64,000 nucleotides of DNA from an uncultured cyanobacterium (GTDB lineage Bacteria; Cyanobacteriota; Cyanobacteriia; CAKZMO01). Location: assembly GCA_963719515.1 (NCBI GenBank), contig CAVRCJ010000010.1, positions 608,001 to 672,000 on the forward strand. Direction: 5' to 3'. Shown here piece after piece: positions 1-8,559 of this stretch. The translations under genes and the position numbers were made by a program. Positions within the stretch are counted from its first letter, which is position 1, and every line of letters begins with the position of its first letter. The notes under the pieces were generated by a model that was not told where the DNA came from, searched no databases, and saw nothing but the letters and a program-made list of their open reading frames with translations.

Positions 1-812
1 TGAATAATCTGAAAGCTGCCTTGGGGATGGTCGGCGTCTAGGGTCTGAATCTCTGAGGTCACCTTGCTGCTGCTAGAGAGCACGACGTAAGCATCGCTGC
101 GGGTGCTGCCAACGGAGAGGTAGAAAGCCTCGTCGGTCTCCTCGTACACCAGCACATCCTCGCCGGGGTCAGTGCCGAGGACATGCTGCCACAGCTGATA
201 GGGCCGATGGGCCTCATCGATACGCGTGTAGAATACCGTTTTGTTGTCTTTAGCCCAGGCCAGTCCCGCCACGTCCTCGATTTGCTCATCAAAAAGCGTA
301 TCGGTACTCAGGGTCTTAAAGACCAAGGTGTAGCGCTCTGAGCCGTTGGTGTCGGTGGAGTAGGCCAGCAGCTCGTGGCTGGGGCTGACGTCAAAGTCTC
401 CCAGGCTAAAAAACTCTGTGCCTTCCGCGAGCTGGTTACTGTCCAGCAGGATCTCTTCATCGGCCTCTAGGCTCTCCCACTTACGGCAGTAAATGCTGTA
501 GGCCTTTCCTTCTTCCGTACGGCTGTAGTAGTAGTAGCCGCCGTAGCGGTAGGGCACCGACAGGTCGGTCTCCTGAATGCGGCTCAGCATTTCGTCGTAG
601 AGCTTCTTTTGCAGGGCTTCAGTGTGCCCCATCACCGCATCGGTGTAGTCGTTTTCGGCCTTGAGGTAGTCAATGACTGCGCTGTCGTCGCGATCGCGCA
701 GCCAGTAGTAGGGGTCCGTGCGGCGATCGCCGTGAATTTCGAGGATTTTAGACTGTTGAGGGGCGATCGGTGCGGCGGGAAGTGACGTTTTCGAGGATTG
801 CGTGGAGGTCAT
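1..812 (-). CDS. ptrB: Oligopeptidase B (S9A peptidase), N-terminal part; runs off the left edge
   Basis: Not in the ORF track. Manual translation from ATG at 812: MTSTQSSK...IHGDRRTDPYYWLRDRDDSAVIDYLKAENDY...LYDEMLSRIQETDLSVPYRYGGYYYYSRTEEGK, the typical protease II N-terminus. Confidence 0.9.
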   Translation of the reverse strand, partial: MTSTQSSKTSLPAAPIAPQQSKILEIHGDRRTDPYYWLRDRDDSAVIDYLKAENDYTDAVMGHTEALQKKLYDEMLSRIQETDLSVPYRYGGYYYYSRTEEGKAYSIYCRKWESLEADEEILLDSNQLAEGTEFFSLGDFDVSPSHELLAYSTDTNGSERYTLVFKTLSTDTLFDEQIEDVAGLAWAKDNKTVFYTRIDEAHRPYQLWQHVLGTDPGEDVLVYEETDEAFYLSVGSTRSDAYVVLSSSSKVTSEIQTLDADHPQGSFQII

Positions 813-837
813 AGCGCCTTGGTGAGGAGTCTCGATG

Positions 838-861
838 CTTGTTAGTAGCTAATCTAACAAG
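838..861. promoter_or_regulatory. Perfect 8-bp inverted repeat CTTGTTAG-N8-CTAACAAG upstream of ptrB; candidate operator
   Basis: Read directly, about 25 nt upstream of the ptrB start; regulator unknown. Confidence 0.35.
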
Positions 862-1044
862 TTACGCTCCCCTGACTACGCCCAAAACTGGCAATCTTTG
901 CCTCACCAGAGAAAACAGCCGCCGCAGTTTCTCGAGGTCGGTCTGCTCTTTAACAAAGCTGAGCTGCCGTCCTCGCTAGCTCTCAACGCCCGCTGAGCGC
1001 TGTCCTTGCCGCATCCTCAAGCCAAGTCCTGACGATTTTGTCAG

Positions 1045-1290
1045 CCCTTTTGGTGGCCAGGTGGCTCTAGAATCAGCCTTGGAACAGCGATCGCCTGCTG
1101 AAGTCGACTTACTATTGCACTCTGATAGAGGGACACAGTACGCCAGCGGTGACTATCAAGCACCCACTGCGGCGCGCTAATATTGGCTGTAGTACGAGTC
1201 GCCGTGGCAATTACTGGGACAATGCGGTAGCCAAAAGCTTCTTTGGTACGCTCCAATCAGGACTCCCTTAAGTTTACGGCCGAGCATTTG
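1045..1290 (+). pseudogene. IS3-family transposase (integrase core) remnant
   Basis: Plus strand reads LLLHSDRGTQYASGDYQ, then after a frameshift NIGCSTSRRGNYWDNAVAKSFFGTL, matching the IS3 motifs HSDRG and GNxWDNAxAESFF. Boundaries approximate. Confidence 0.8.
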
Positions 1291-1329
1291 TACTCATCAC
1301 TAAAGTGAGATGCACTTAAAATATACGTC

Positions 1330-4300
1330 TTACTCAGATGATGAGTAGGTTACGACTGTGTAAGTGGATTCCTTTACTTGATATAGATTGGGTGACGCGA
1401 ATTCAAGAAAATCCATGCCTTTGTCTAGCAGAACTTTACATATCGCTCCAGACTGGTAAGAAATCTCAAGTTCTCGTCGATGGGGAAAGTATGGGGAATG
1501 ACGTCGGAGATAAGGCCTCATTTTGAGCTGGCAGTTATCCAGATACTCTCCTAGTGCGGCTTCAACTCCAGAACGGCGTTGTCTGTTCCTATGTTTATGC
1601 TCATCGTAGGATTCCTGAATATGTACTTGTACTGGAAAATTAGAAGGTGCTCCTAGTTTTAGAAGTTGAGCCAACACTTTTGCTCCTACTTCGTCAAGAT
1701 AGCGATCGCTGTATTCTACACAGGCTATTTTTTCTTTGGCCAGGATTGCCTTAAATCCTAGGCGTCGTTGAAGGGTTTCTAGATCCATCTGTCCCCAATT
1801 AGGTTCGGGAAAAATAGCTTCGGTTTGAGGATCATCGAGTGCTTTAGTAGAGATCTGAGAGGCTTGGCACCTCAAGGCATTCAGATTCTGTTGAACAAAA
1901 TCTATTCCTCTTTGGCTGCGGGTTTGGAACCATTCGGTAGGTTCCCCGGTATCAGCTAGACGCATCTGGAGGGCTACGCGGTTGGAAGACTGACTACTAA
2001 TACAGAGAGTGGGCTGCATGTCAGATTGAATCTTACTGAGCATTATCAAGCCTTGGTCAATCCACTGCGATAGTCGCTTACGCAAAACCTGAATTTCGAC
2101 AGGCGACAGTTTTTCTGACTTGCTGCTTAGGCCTTGTTCCGGTAACCGGCTCACGATCAAATGGAGCTGTGTATTTTGCTTAGCCAGAGATCGCACCAAT
2201 TTGGTCAGCAATGCCAGATTGAACGGGGGCACAATCTCGGGTAGGTAAAGGATGGTTTCGGCACGGGCGTTGTCACAGTAGCCGGGTAGACGCTCGGCTA
2301 TAGCCGCTAAAGGCATTCGATTCGTATCCGGGGCAAAGGCTTGCAGATCAGGGTCAGGGTTGACCTGCGCTACTAGGGAGCGTAAATACTCAGCGACTGG
2401 GCGACGATCCAACTCATGGTGAAAGGCTTGGTTGGTATAGGTGCGCAGACAGTCATAACAACTGCTGCTGCATCCGCAAGACTCCACTAGCTGATAGGTC
2501 CGTTGAAGGATCGCCTCAAACTGAGCAGCAATTCTTTGGCTGTAGCCAGCTCCCCCTGGTACGTTATCGTAGATCACAATTTCAGCCGTGCCCGAACCCT
2601 CGCTATCGGGTGGCCTAAATAGGCCATCCAACTCGGCTCTGGGTACGTCGATGACCTGGGCTGCGGCGGCTAACAGGGCGTAGGTGAGCGATCGCCAGAA
2701 TCCTGTACCACCCGATGGGGAAGAGACGACGGATCCATCAATGTCTGACTGGATCGTGTCTCCTGCATTGAGGTGAATAACCTCTTCAAATAGGGGAGGC
2801 GGATTAGTTCTGCGAGTAAACCGGATCTTGAGTAGGTCACTGGAGAACTCATGCCCCAGGTGAACTCTTTGGTACCAGCCCACGCAGATTTTGCCAGTGA
2901 CAGGATGGGTGTGCCTCCCTTGTCCCTTACGGCGATTAACGTGGGCTCTCGGCAAGTCATCACTCAAATCTCTGCCACAACTTTCACAAATGGCAAAACC
3001 TAAGTTTCTAAAGCCCCGGCCCCCTTGGTTGGCCAGAAAGAATTCACCGCCCCGGCTCAATTTCAGTTCGTACAGCTCATGGGGAACGATGTCGATCTGT
3101 TCCCCTGCCTGGGCCAGAAAGACCTGGGACGTGGGCTGTCGTAGGGGCTTAAGGTAGGGAGTCACCCTTGGCGTCACGCTCCAATCGGTCGTAAACGACT
3201 TGGGTACTTTGTAAAACCGGCTGCCCTGTTCCATGCCATTGACGGGTTCCTGGCAGGTTGGGCAGGCGTCATGCTGAAACTCTTGCGCCTGAGATTCAAA
3301 GAAGTTGCAGTGGGGGCAAACCCAGTAGTACCGACTATTCAGGTTATCGGGCCGCAGAATGCCAACGCTGGTATGCACCCGGTCGTCTACCACAATATCT
3401 TGGCCAGGGGCGTATTCTGCCAGGGCCATACGCCGATCCCGTTGAAGACGATGTTTCCCTTGACTAGAGTAAGATTGTCCCCGGCTGTCTTGAGTCAGCA
3501 GTTGAACGACATCAATAGGAAAGCCATAAATGGGCAGAATACTGGCTTTAGCCAATTCTTCATGCAGTTGTCGCTTTTGAATTTTGCGAAGTTCATCTTC
3601 GATGCGATCGCGCTTCACTTCTAATGCTCGGCGTACCTTAGCTTTTGTTTCCCCAAGAATGTCGGCTTTAAGAGTAGTAAGCAGCTCCGCCAGCCCATTC
3701 CAATCCTTGAGCTGCTCAGCCTGAAAGTCATCCAGCTCCCTATGAAAATCATCCAAAGTCCCTTCAACCGTTTGTGAGCTATCCAATGACTGTAGCCATG
3801 GTGCCAAGAGCTGCCTGGCAGCTTGACTACTCAACCACTCCTGGAATTGCACAATCAGCGTACTACTTGAAAGTGTGGCAATTGCTTGAAAAGCATCATC
3901 GCTCTCTTCATCGGGTAGATCGAGGAAGGCGCTGATTTTGACATGCTCAGCCCCCGTTTCGCATTCAGATCTCAGAAACTTAGCCAAAAGTTCCGCCCGC
4001 AAATGGCGCTGCTGAATCTGAAAATTGTCAGTATCTAGCCGAGGTACCTGATTGCAACCATTGATCAACTCGGCGGGTTGGTCAAAGTAATAGCGATCGT
4101 GGGGGCGACGCTGACCATACATGAGGCTGATGGCCACCCCATCAGTACGGCGACCTGCCCGCCCAGCCCGCTGTTGATAGTTGCTCACATGGGGTGGAAA
4201 GTTACGCATCGCCACGGCCTGCAATTCGCCAATATCGACCCCCATCTCTAATGTAGTTGAACAACTAAGGAGATTGATTTTGCCCTGGCGAAAGCGGCTT

Positions 4301-7300
4301 TCCCGATGGGCTAGTTCCCCAGTGCCCAACTGGGCAGTATGCTCCTGGGCGCGGAGGGGAATAATCTCTCGGTTTTGAATGATATGGCGGTAGTGATGTT
4401 CCTCAAAGGTTGATGCCTTCGCTGAAGCGGTGCCCCAGGGCTGTAGTTGCCCACCGCAGCGGGACGCCAGGCAGTGATCTAACGCTAGCTCAGAAAATTG
4501 TCGAACCTCAGTCAGACCTGGTACATGAAAGATCTGTTGGCAGGAATCGCACTGATACCAGTCTGTCGCGGTCTGGTACAAGGAAAATAGTTCCCAATTC
4601 AGTTGCCGACCATCTCCAAACCCCTTGAGATATCCTTGGTGTTTTAACTCGTCAAATAACCACAGCAAGTTTTCCTCAGCGGGGTAATTGCCGTTGAAAA
4701 AGTTTAGGTAGAACGAAACAATCTGATTTTGAACCTTGGTTGGCTGCCCCTTATTAGTTTCTCGCCAGAGAAATCCAAGGGCATTAGGTGAATCGTTTGG
4801 ATCACGTCTGAGTTTGATGTATCGCTTTGAACGTCCCTGGGGACTCAGGCGAGCTGGCTGTCCACCTTCAACCCCTCCCGTCTCAGGAAAGTAACGAGAT
4901 GCCCCTTCCAGGTCAGTGGCTCCTAGTGATCGGATGATGTTGGTTAGACCAGCTAAGAAAATTTTGGCTTCAGCCTCGTCTATCTCAAACTTTCGTGCAG
5001 TATCCGCTACTAGGGTTGGATCATCGTTCCAGTCGATATAGCAGGCCAGTAATCCTAGAGCCTCGATGGAAAACCGCTTGGCGGAGGGCAACCCAAACTC
5101 ACGGAGCATGAGTTCTTTGGCCCGACTACGGGCTCGATTTTCGCAGTCTCGTTTATTTTGAGTTTCCTCATTGACAGGATCCTTGGCTACATAACTACGA
5201 TGGTGAAAGTCAGCCTGGCGATCGGGATGAGGAATTGATACGTTCAAAAAACGACGGATCAGCTCTTCCTGAACTTCTGTAACCGAAGCGCTCCCATTGT
5301 CCTGTACGTCCTCAAAGGCCTGCCACACCAATTGACGGTACAGGGTCTCGGTATGGGTTCGTTGAAAATCTGAAGCGAAGAAAGAGGCATCTTGACGACC
5401 ATCTGAGAAGGTTAAGATTTTGCGCTGGCTGAAGGTGCCGTTTGCTTCTCCGGTCTCTGGCAACAGCTCAAACAAACTGTCGAGCATCACCTCTAAGGGA
5501 GCATCGGTATAGGAGGCAAACCGCCCAATGGCTGACATTTGCGATCGCCCCGCACTACAGGCTGGACATTTAGTTAAGTAACCGCCTTGTAAATTTTTGG
5601 CCTTTGGGGGTATGTGCCAGTGCAATCTATATGCGTTTTCGGCCTGAGAGGATGCCTCCGGGATACTATTGCTGGCACCACTAAGCCACCCATCAGTATG
5701 GTTGCCCTTAATCAAGAAACTGCCGATTAGAGCATTTTCAGAATTTTCGCTGTCCTCCGTGACCTCTTCGCCCTCATCGTCAGTAACGCTGTCTAGCGCT
5801 CCTGAGCTCAAAACATAGATGCGATCACTATTCTCAGCCGCTTCTAAGGCACGGAGAACCGGCAACAGCTCTTTTTGGTGACCTTGAAAGGCCAGTGCAT
5901 AACCTTGTCCACATTTACGACAGCTAGAGAGCTCCAGCACGGGAGCCTGGCACGCATCACACTCAGCCTTGCTGCTGAGGAACAACTTGCCGTAGCGGCG
6001 AGGACGATCCTTAAACTGTTCATCGGTTACCGCACTAGGACAATCGGAATTAATACAGGCGTGCAATCCCTCTATGCTGCGAAATAGCAAGTGAAGCCTA
6101 ACAGGCAAGAGCGGTAAATCTTCCGGGTTCAATCTGGCCAGGGTGCCCAACTGAACTAAGTGGGCTAGAGCCTGTTCCGCCTTGGCCTCCTCCTGGGCAT
6201 CTAGGCTACCGTCCAAATGGGTAGGCAGTATCCAAAGGTGAGGAGATCGCGCTATCCAATTCCAGGGCTTTGGTCCCTGACTTAGTAAATTAATCAAGCG
6301 GTGGACTATCGGATGACCTTTCAGGGCAAACCAAAGGAACTGATGGGCATCACCCTCAGCATTCTGCTCAGCCTGTTGTAAGACATCGTAGGGCGCTAAG
6401 TAGCTCAGACAGTCTTTCCAGGTTTCTAGGGAGTCCTCAAGGGCCGGTAACTCCAGAGCGTATAGGAGTTCGTATAGATCTTCTTCGGCAAGCCCTTCTG
6501 GTAATGCGTAGGCATCACCCAGCCGTTCTGCAACGGTGACCCGGTCTCCCCAAATGACCTGCTCAAAAGGCTCGCCAAATAGTTCTTCGGCAAAGTCTGT
6601 GATTTGGTCAAAGGCTGCTGCGTCATTGCGATCGCCTAAGGTGGCACTGGTGGCGATGCCGCGGATTTGCCCCTTTACCTTCAATCCTATAGCGGCTTTA
6701 AACCGCTTGAGCAGCATGGAAACTTCAGTACCCGTGGATCCGCTATAGGTGTGAGCTTCGTCAACCACCAGCATTTTGAAGTTAGGCGATCGCTCAAAAA
6801 TCTGCTCGCGCTCCACCGGGCGAATCAGCATATGCTCCAACATGGAATAGTTGGTCACCAGAATCTGGGGTGGGTTTTCCCAAATTTCCTTGCGGGAGAT
6901 GGCTTGAATACGCTGGACTCGTTCGACTACGGCTGCGATCAGGTCATCCAAACGACCGCGCTTCATCGCCTCTCGCTGGCCCTCTGGCAGCAATTTCAGC
7001 AGTTCTTCTCGCTCGGTGGCCTGCAATTCTTCTTTCAGGGCAGATAATGCCTGGGCTGACTCAGTTTGTGTGCGGCTGGTGTAAAACCCAAACCGGATCA
7101 GCTCTTGGTCATCGCTCTGTTGAGAAAGCAGCTGCCGCAGGCGTTTCACTTGGTCATTAACTAGCGCATTCATAGGGTACAAGATGAGAGCTTGCACCCC
7201 TGGAGCATGTTCTTTCAGAAGGCGATCCAACATAGGAATCAGGAAACACTCTGTTTTCCCAGAGCCCGTGCCGGTGGCGACAACAATGTTTTGCTGTTCT

Positions 7301-7596
7301 CCTACCACCTGCTCAATGGCTTGCTCCTGATGCTGGTAGAGGGATCGAGTAGGGTTAAAAAGCTTACTTAGTTCGGGATGTAGTAACCCATCCTCTATTA
7401 AAGCTTGAATCGAACGGGTGGCTCGGTAGGGCTGTGCCCCTTCTAGGTAAGGCTGCTGGTAAACATTACCGGGTGCTTCAAGCAGCTTCCTGAACCCATG
7501 ACGAAGATGAGGATCGCGCAATGGGTAGGTGGTCAGCAAGTAGCGAATTAGATCCTCACGAGGTTGTCGCGCCGCCTCTACTGGATTCAGATACAT
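1330..7596 (-). CDS. Large SF2 DEAH-box helicase with Zn-finger motifs, DUF1998 and a C-terminal PLD/MIT_C-like domain; DruE-like
   Basis: 2088 aa. Motifs ATGTGSGKT, YPMNAL, TNYSMLE, DEAH, SAT, EHTAQL, TTLEMGVDIG, QRAGRAGRR; DUF1998 signature YDNVPGGAG...CGCSSSCYDCL; several CxxC pairs. Confidence 0.9.
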   Translation of the reverse strand: MYLNPVEAARQPREDLIRYLLTTYPLRDPHLRHGFRKLLEAPGNVYQQPYLEGAQPYRATRSIQALIEDGLLHPELSKLFNPTRSLYQHQEQAIEQVVGEQQNIVVATGTGSGKTECFLIPMLDRLLKEHAPGVQALILYPMNALVNDQVKRLRQLLSQQSDDQELIRFGFYTSRTQTESAQALSALKEELQATEREELLKLLPEGQREAMKRGRLDDLIAAVVERVQRIQAISRKEIWENPPQILVTNYSMLEHMLIRPVEREQIFERSPNFKMLVVDEAHTYSGSTGTEVSMLLKRFKAAIGLKVKGQIRGIATSATLGDRNDAAAFDQITDFAEELFGEPFEQVIWGDRVTVAERLGDAYALPEGLAEEDLYELLYALELPALEDSLETWKDCLSYLAPYDVLQQAEQNAEGDAHQFLWFALKGHPIVHRLINLLSQGPKPWNWIARSPHLWILPTHLDGSLDAQEEAKAEQALAHLVQLGTLARLNPEDLPLLPVRLHLLFRSIEGLHACINSDCPSAVTDEQFKDRPRRYGKLFLSSKAECDACQAPVLELSSCRKCGQGYALAFQGHQKELLPVLRALEAAENSDRIYVLSSGALDSVTDDEGEEVTEDSENSENALIGSFLIKGNHTDGWLSGASNSIPEASSQAENAYRLHWHIPPKAKNLQGGYLTKCPACSAGRSQMSAIGRFASYTDAPLEVMLDSLFELLPETGEANGTFSQRKILTFSDGRQDASFFASDFQRTHTETLYRQLVWQAFEDVQDNGSASVTEVQEELIRRFLNVSIPHPDRQADFHHRSYVAKDPVNEETQNKRDCENRARSRAKELMLREFGLPSAKRFSIEALGLLACYIDWNDDPTLVADTARKFEIDEAEAKIFLAGLTNIIRSLGATDLEGASRYFPETGGVEGGQPARLSPQGRSKRYIKLRRDPNDSPNALGFLWRETNKGQPTKVQNQIVSFYLNFFNGNYPAEENLLWLFDELKHQGYLKGFGDGRQLNWELFSLYQTATDWYQCDSCQQIFHVPGLTEVRQFSELALDHCLASRCGGQLQPWGTASAKASTFEEHHYRHIIQNREIIPLRAQEHTAQLGTGELAHRESRFRQGKINLLSCSTTLEMGVDIGELQAVAMRNFPPHVSNYQQRAGRAGRRTDGVAISLMYGQRRPHDRYYFDQPAELINGCNQVPRLDTDNFQIQQRHLRAELLAKFLRSECETGAEHVKISAFLDLPDEESDDAFQAIATLSSSTLIVQFQEWLSSQAARQLLAPWLQSLDSSQTVEGTLDDFHRELDDFQAEQLKDWNGLAELLTTLKADILGETKAKVRRALEVKRDRIEDELRKIQKRQLHEELAKASILPIYGFPIDVVQLLTQDSRGQSYSSQGKHRLQRDRRMALAEYAPGQDIVVDDRVHTSVGILRPDNLNSRYYWVCPHCNFFESQAQEFQHDACPTCQEPVNGMEQGSRFYKVPKSFTTDWSVTPRVTPYLKPLRQPTSQVFLAQAGEQIDIVPHELYELKLSRGGEFFLANQGGRGFRNLGFAICESCGRDLSDDLPRAHVNRRKGQGRHTHPVTGKICVGWYQRVHLGHEFSSDLLKIRFTRRTNPPPLFEEVIHLNAGDTIQSDIDGSVVSSPSGGTGFWRSLTYALLAAAAQVIDVPRAELDGLFRPPDSEGSGTAEIVIYDNVPGGAGYSQRIAAQFEAILQRTYQLVESCGCSSSCYDCLRTYTNQAFHHELDRRPVAEYLRSLVAQVNPDPDLQAFAPDTNRMPLAAIAERLPGYCDNARAETILYLPEIVPPFNLALLTKLVRSLAKQNTQLHLIVSRLPEQGLSSKSEKLSPVEIQVLRKRLSQWIDQGLIMLSKIQSDMQPTLCISSQSSNRVALQMRLADTGEPTEWFQTRSQRGIDFVQQNLNALRCQASQISTKALDDPQTEAIFPEPNWGQMDLETLQRRLGFKAILAKEKIACVEYSDRYLDEVGAKVLAQLLKLGAPSNFPVQVHIQESYDEHKHRNRQRRSGVEAALGEYLDNCQLKMRPYLRRHSPYFPHRRELEISYQSGAICKVLLDKGMDFLEFASPNLYQVKESTYTVVTYSSSE

Positions 7597-7614
7597 GACT
7601 TCACTTCCTTATGA

Positions 7615-8550
7615 CTAAACCAGGACACAGCCCAACCGTTCGAGAGCAGCGTTTACCCGGGGTTGGTTTTGAGAATTAACTAAACGAAGTCGATTGTGGC
7701 CAGGCTCGGCTTCAGACAAGCGCCAAATCAGTTGGGCGTAGACCTTTGGTAAATAGGTATCGCTCAAATCCAACCGTCCAGACCTTGTATCTGAGGCGAT
7801 CCGAAGCGGTTGATTGACCTGCTGATCGAGCTTGAACATGGCCAGGTAAGCAGCATCTGGGGTGAGCTCAGAAAACTGTCCGTCCTGCAGCCACAAAAAC
7901 TCCCCCTCAGGGGTTCGTAGCAGGCTCAAACACGAAAGACTGGATAAGTGCTCTAGTCCCACAACAGGCTTCCATCGATTGTGTTGCGTTTCAGGGCAAG
8001 GTTGATACCCGTCGATGGAATCAAACCCTTGATAGGTAAAAAACGGATTCTCTAATCGTTCCTGCCCTCTCAAATTCCATGCAGCGGGCTTTTCTGGCAA
8101 AGGAAGTTGATCAATTGACTGATCGATGGTCAGGCACTTAATACCAGCTTTGGCGAGTTGTTCATAAATCTTTGAGAAGCTTTGCTTTTCGGGTCTCAGC
8201 AGGGTTCGAGAAACAGGCTGCCCAGTATTGAGCATCTGATGGGCCAATCTCAAGTAAGCCCGATCGCCCATGAATTTTAGACCAACTAAATTTTCTGGGC
8301 TCTCGACTACAACAGTGGGCTGAGCCATACAAACTCGTTTGCCAATGCCAAGCAAAACCTCTCCTTGAGCTTCTAAATTGTGCAATTCGTTATCAATTTT
8401 GGCTGGGGTTAGACCAGATTCAGCAAATAGGGGTGGCTCGCTATTTCTCAGGAGTCCCAACAGTTGAAACCGCGTCAATGCCTGCGGCAGATGCGGCCTA
8501 TTGAGAACCCGATGATGGCTCAAAATCTGGACAATCTGCTTGTTTAGCAT
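7615..8550 (-). CDS. Hypothetical protein, probable helicase-operon partner
   Basis: 311-aa ORF, 9 nt from the upstream gene and 18 nt from the helicase, same strand. Confidence 0.8.
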   Translation of the reverse strand: MLNKQIVQILSHHRVLNRPHLPQALTRFQLLGLLRNSEPPLFAESGLTPAKIDNELHNLEAQGEVLLGIGKRVCMAQPTVVVESPENLVGLKFMGDRAYLRLAHQMLNTGQPVSRTLLRPEKQSFSKIYEQLAKAGIKCLTIDQSIDQLPLPEKPAAWNLRGQERLENPFFTYQGFDSIDGYQPCPETQHNRWKPVVGLEHLSSLSCLSLLRTPEGEFLWLQDGQFSELTPDAAYLAMFKLDQQVNQPLRIASDTRSGRLDLSDTYLPKVYAQLIWRLSEAEPGHNRLRLVNSQNQPRVNAALERLGCVLV

Positions 8551-8559
8551 GGGTGATAG

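Noticed and set aside
1330..7596. DISARM (DrmA/DrmB) or housekeeping Hrq1/MrfA helicase
   Set aside because: Helicase and DUF1998 are fused in a 2088-aa protein, much larger than MrfA-type proteins, and no methylase or drmC/drmD gene is adjacent.
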